NCBI RefSeq assembly: GCF_016433145.1
Contig: NC_058131.1
Location: 653,406,628 to 653,470,627 of the forward strand
Direction: 5' to 3'
Length of the DNA stretch: 64,000 nt
Origin: Gracilinanus agilis
Taxonomy: Eukaryota
The translations under genes and the position numbers were made by a program. The notes under the pieces were generated by a model. It did no database searches. It was not told the origin of the DNA and saw nothing but the letters and a program-made list of their open reading frames with translations. Shown piece by piece: positions 62,870 through 64,000 of the stretch. Position 1 is the stretch's first letter. Every line of letters starts with the position of its first letter.

Positions 62870-64000
62870 TGTAGCACTTCTGGCAGTTAGCCAGCTTTAG
62901 AACTCTGACAAAAGTCAGTTGGTCCCGGAAGCTTGTGAAAAGTGGAGGGGCAAACTGTGGGCTCTGCCTTCGAGCTGAAACCTTGCCTTGAATCTGTGCT
63001 TTTGTCTTTGGACATTTGGAGCTTAGCTAACTTCTCTGAACCTCTTCCCTGACCTTCCCTATTTTATTCCCTTATTAACTTCCTGATTTTCCTGTGGGCT
63101 TTGGGAGAAGGGTGGATTTTGGGGTTGTAGCAATTAGACTTTGAGGATTTAGTTCCCCATAGACAAGTAGGGCTTACCCTTGAAACAAACTATCCCCTGC
63201 TTTATTGTTTTTTTTTAAACCCTTGTACTTCGGTGTATTTTCTCATAGGTGGAAGAGTGGTAAGGGTGGGCAATGGGGGTCAAGTGACTTGCCCAGGGTC
63301 ACACAGCTGGAAGTGGCTGAGGCCGGGTTTGAACCTAGGACCTCCTGTCTCTAGGCCTGTCTCTCACTCCACTGAGCTACCCAGCTGCCCCCTACTTTAT
63401 TGTTTTAGTACTCCCTAACCTCAAGGGCAGCCAAACTTCCCTGGTTGAGAGAGAGCAGGCTCTCTCTCAGTCCAAGCCATTCCTGTGACCCTCCCCCTCC
63501 TTGAGCTTCACCCTAGTGGCTGTTAGGGAAATCCTGAACTCCTTTCTCCTTTATAATCAACCCTGAAACTTTTATAAACCCCACATTACCTAATCAAACC
63601 CATTGCTAAATCATTGGCTCAACGATAAGTGAAGGTTGAAGGAGGGAAGGAATAATTATCTTTATTTTTCTGAGGGAAGTTGGGAGTGTCCATCCTGGGA
63701 GGAAGTAATTGTCTCTATACTTCCTCCTGGAAACCCTTCAGTTTCACTAACAGGGAGGAGCCTTGGGACTCCTTCTTTGTGGACTTGAGAAACTGACTAG
63801 AAAGCTCTCTAGTCAGATTCAAACCATTTCTGACTGGTCCTAACCTTTGTGTCTGTAGAAATACCATTTTCCCTGGAAGAGTCCAGCCTTCCTTCCCCAA
63901 TAACCTCTATCTTTAGTGTGAGTGTCTCCCTGTTGCAGCTGCCTCCCCTAATTACCTCATCATCTCTCTTACCATTAATTATACTACCTTGTCCTCTATT
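62870..64000 (-). mobile_element. Possible solo LTR / ERV LTR remnant, antisense; far boundary not determined
   Basis: On the minus strand, CCAAT (63613-63617), TTATAAAA (63570-63577), AATAAA (63201-63206) and a ...TGCTACA end (62870) occur in LTR order. No TSD or internal ERV sequence seen. Confidence 0.35.
63212..63391 (-). mobile_element. Young SINE1_Mdo-like insertion with 15-bp TSD
   Basis: TSD ctgctttattgtttt (63197-63211) and ctactttattgtttt (63392-63406). Same diagnostic 3' end as 29261-29470. Confidence 0.95.

Noticed and set aside
1-64000. Prokaryotic-style systems (CRISPR arrays, defence operons, RT-linked ncRNA cassettes)
   Set aside because: The sequence is repeat-rich, CpG-depleted mammalian intron-type DNA. 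There are no long ORFs or regularly spaced repeat-spacer arrays, and the RT-related remnants are fossil LINEs.
32715-64000. Next ARHGAP22 exon (GFISLQGTQV...HLFEI-like)
   Set aside because: Scanning by eye found no matching codon pattern with splice sites; it probably lies beyond the window.

Overview
This is eukaryotic genomic DNA from a marsupial, almost certainly a didelphid opossum (Monodelphis-like), judged from its SINE1_Mdo-, MAR1-, RTE- and Charlie-type repeats. It is not prokaryotic, so there are no operons or CRISPR arrays. The only coding feature I can support is one 200-bp internal exon on the + strand (32515-32714). It encodes the N-terminal half of the ARHGAP22 PH domain and corresponds to human exon 2. 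I found neither the upstream first exon nor the next exon, so the rest is most likely intron (or intron plus 5' flank). That remainder is densely filled with SINEs, L1, L2, CR1/L3 and RTE fragments, hAT and Tigger DNA-transposon remnants, simple repeats and four N gaps. Almost all ORFs in the supplied track are chance or repeat-derived. I did not find a convincing new multi-gene system. The best leads are: an unexplained 96-bp element with perfect 17-bp terminal inverted repeats nested in a MAR1 SINE; two intact young hAT MITEs; a young SINE1 subtype that has lost the family's 3' hairpin, plus recurrent deletions at that hairpin; an AT-rich palindromic minisatellite; an antisense LTR-like promoter; and splice-level ways to remove the phospho-motif at the start of the ARHGAP22 exon. 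Repeat family names come from recalled consensus sequences and were not database-checked. Boundaries of old repeats are approximate.
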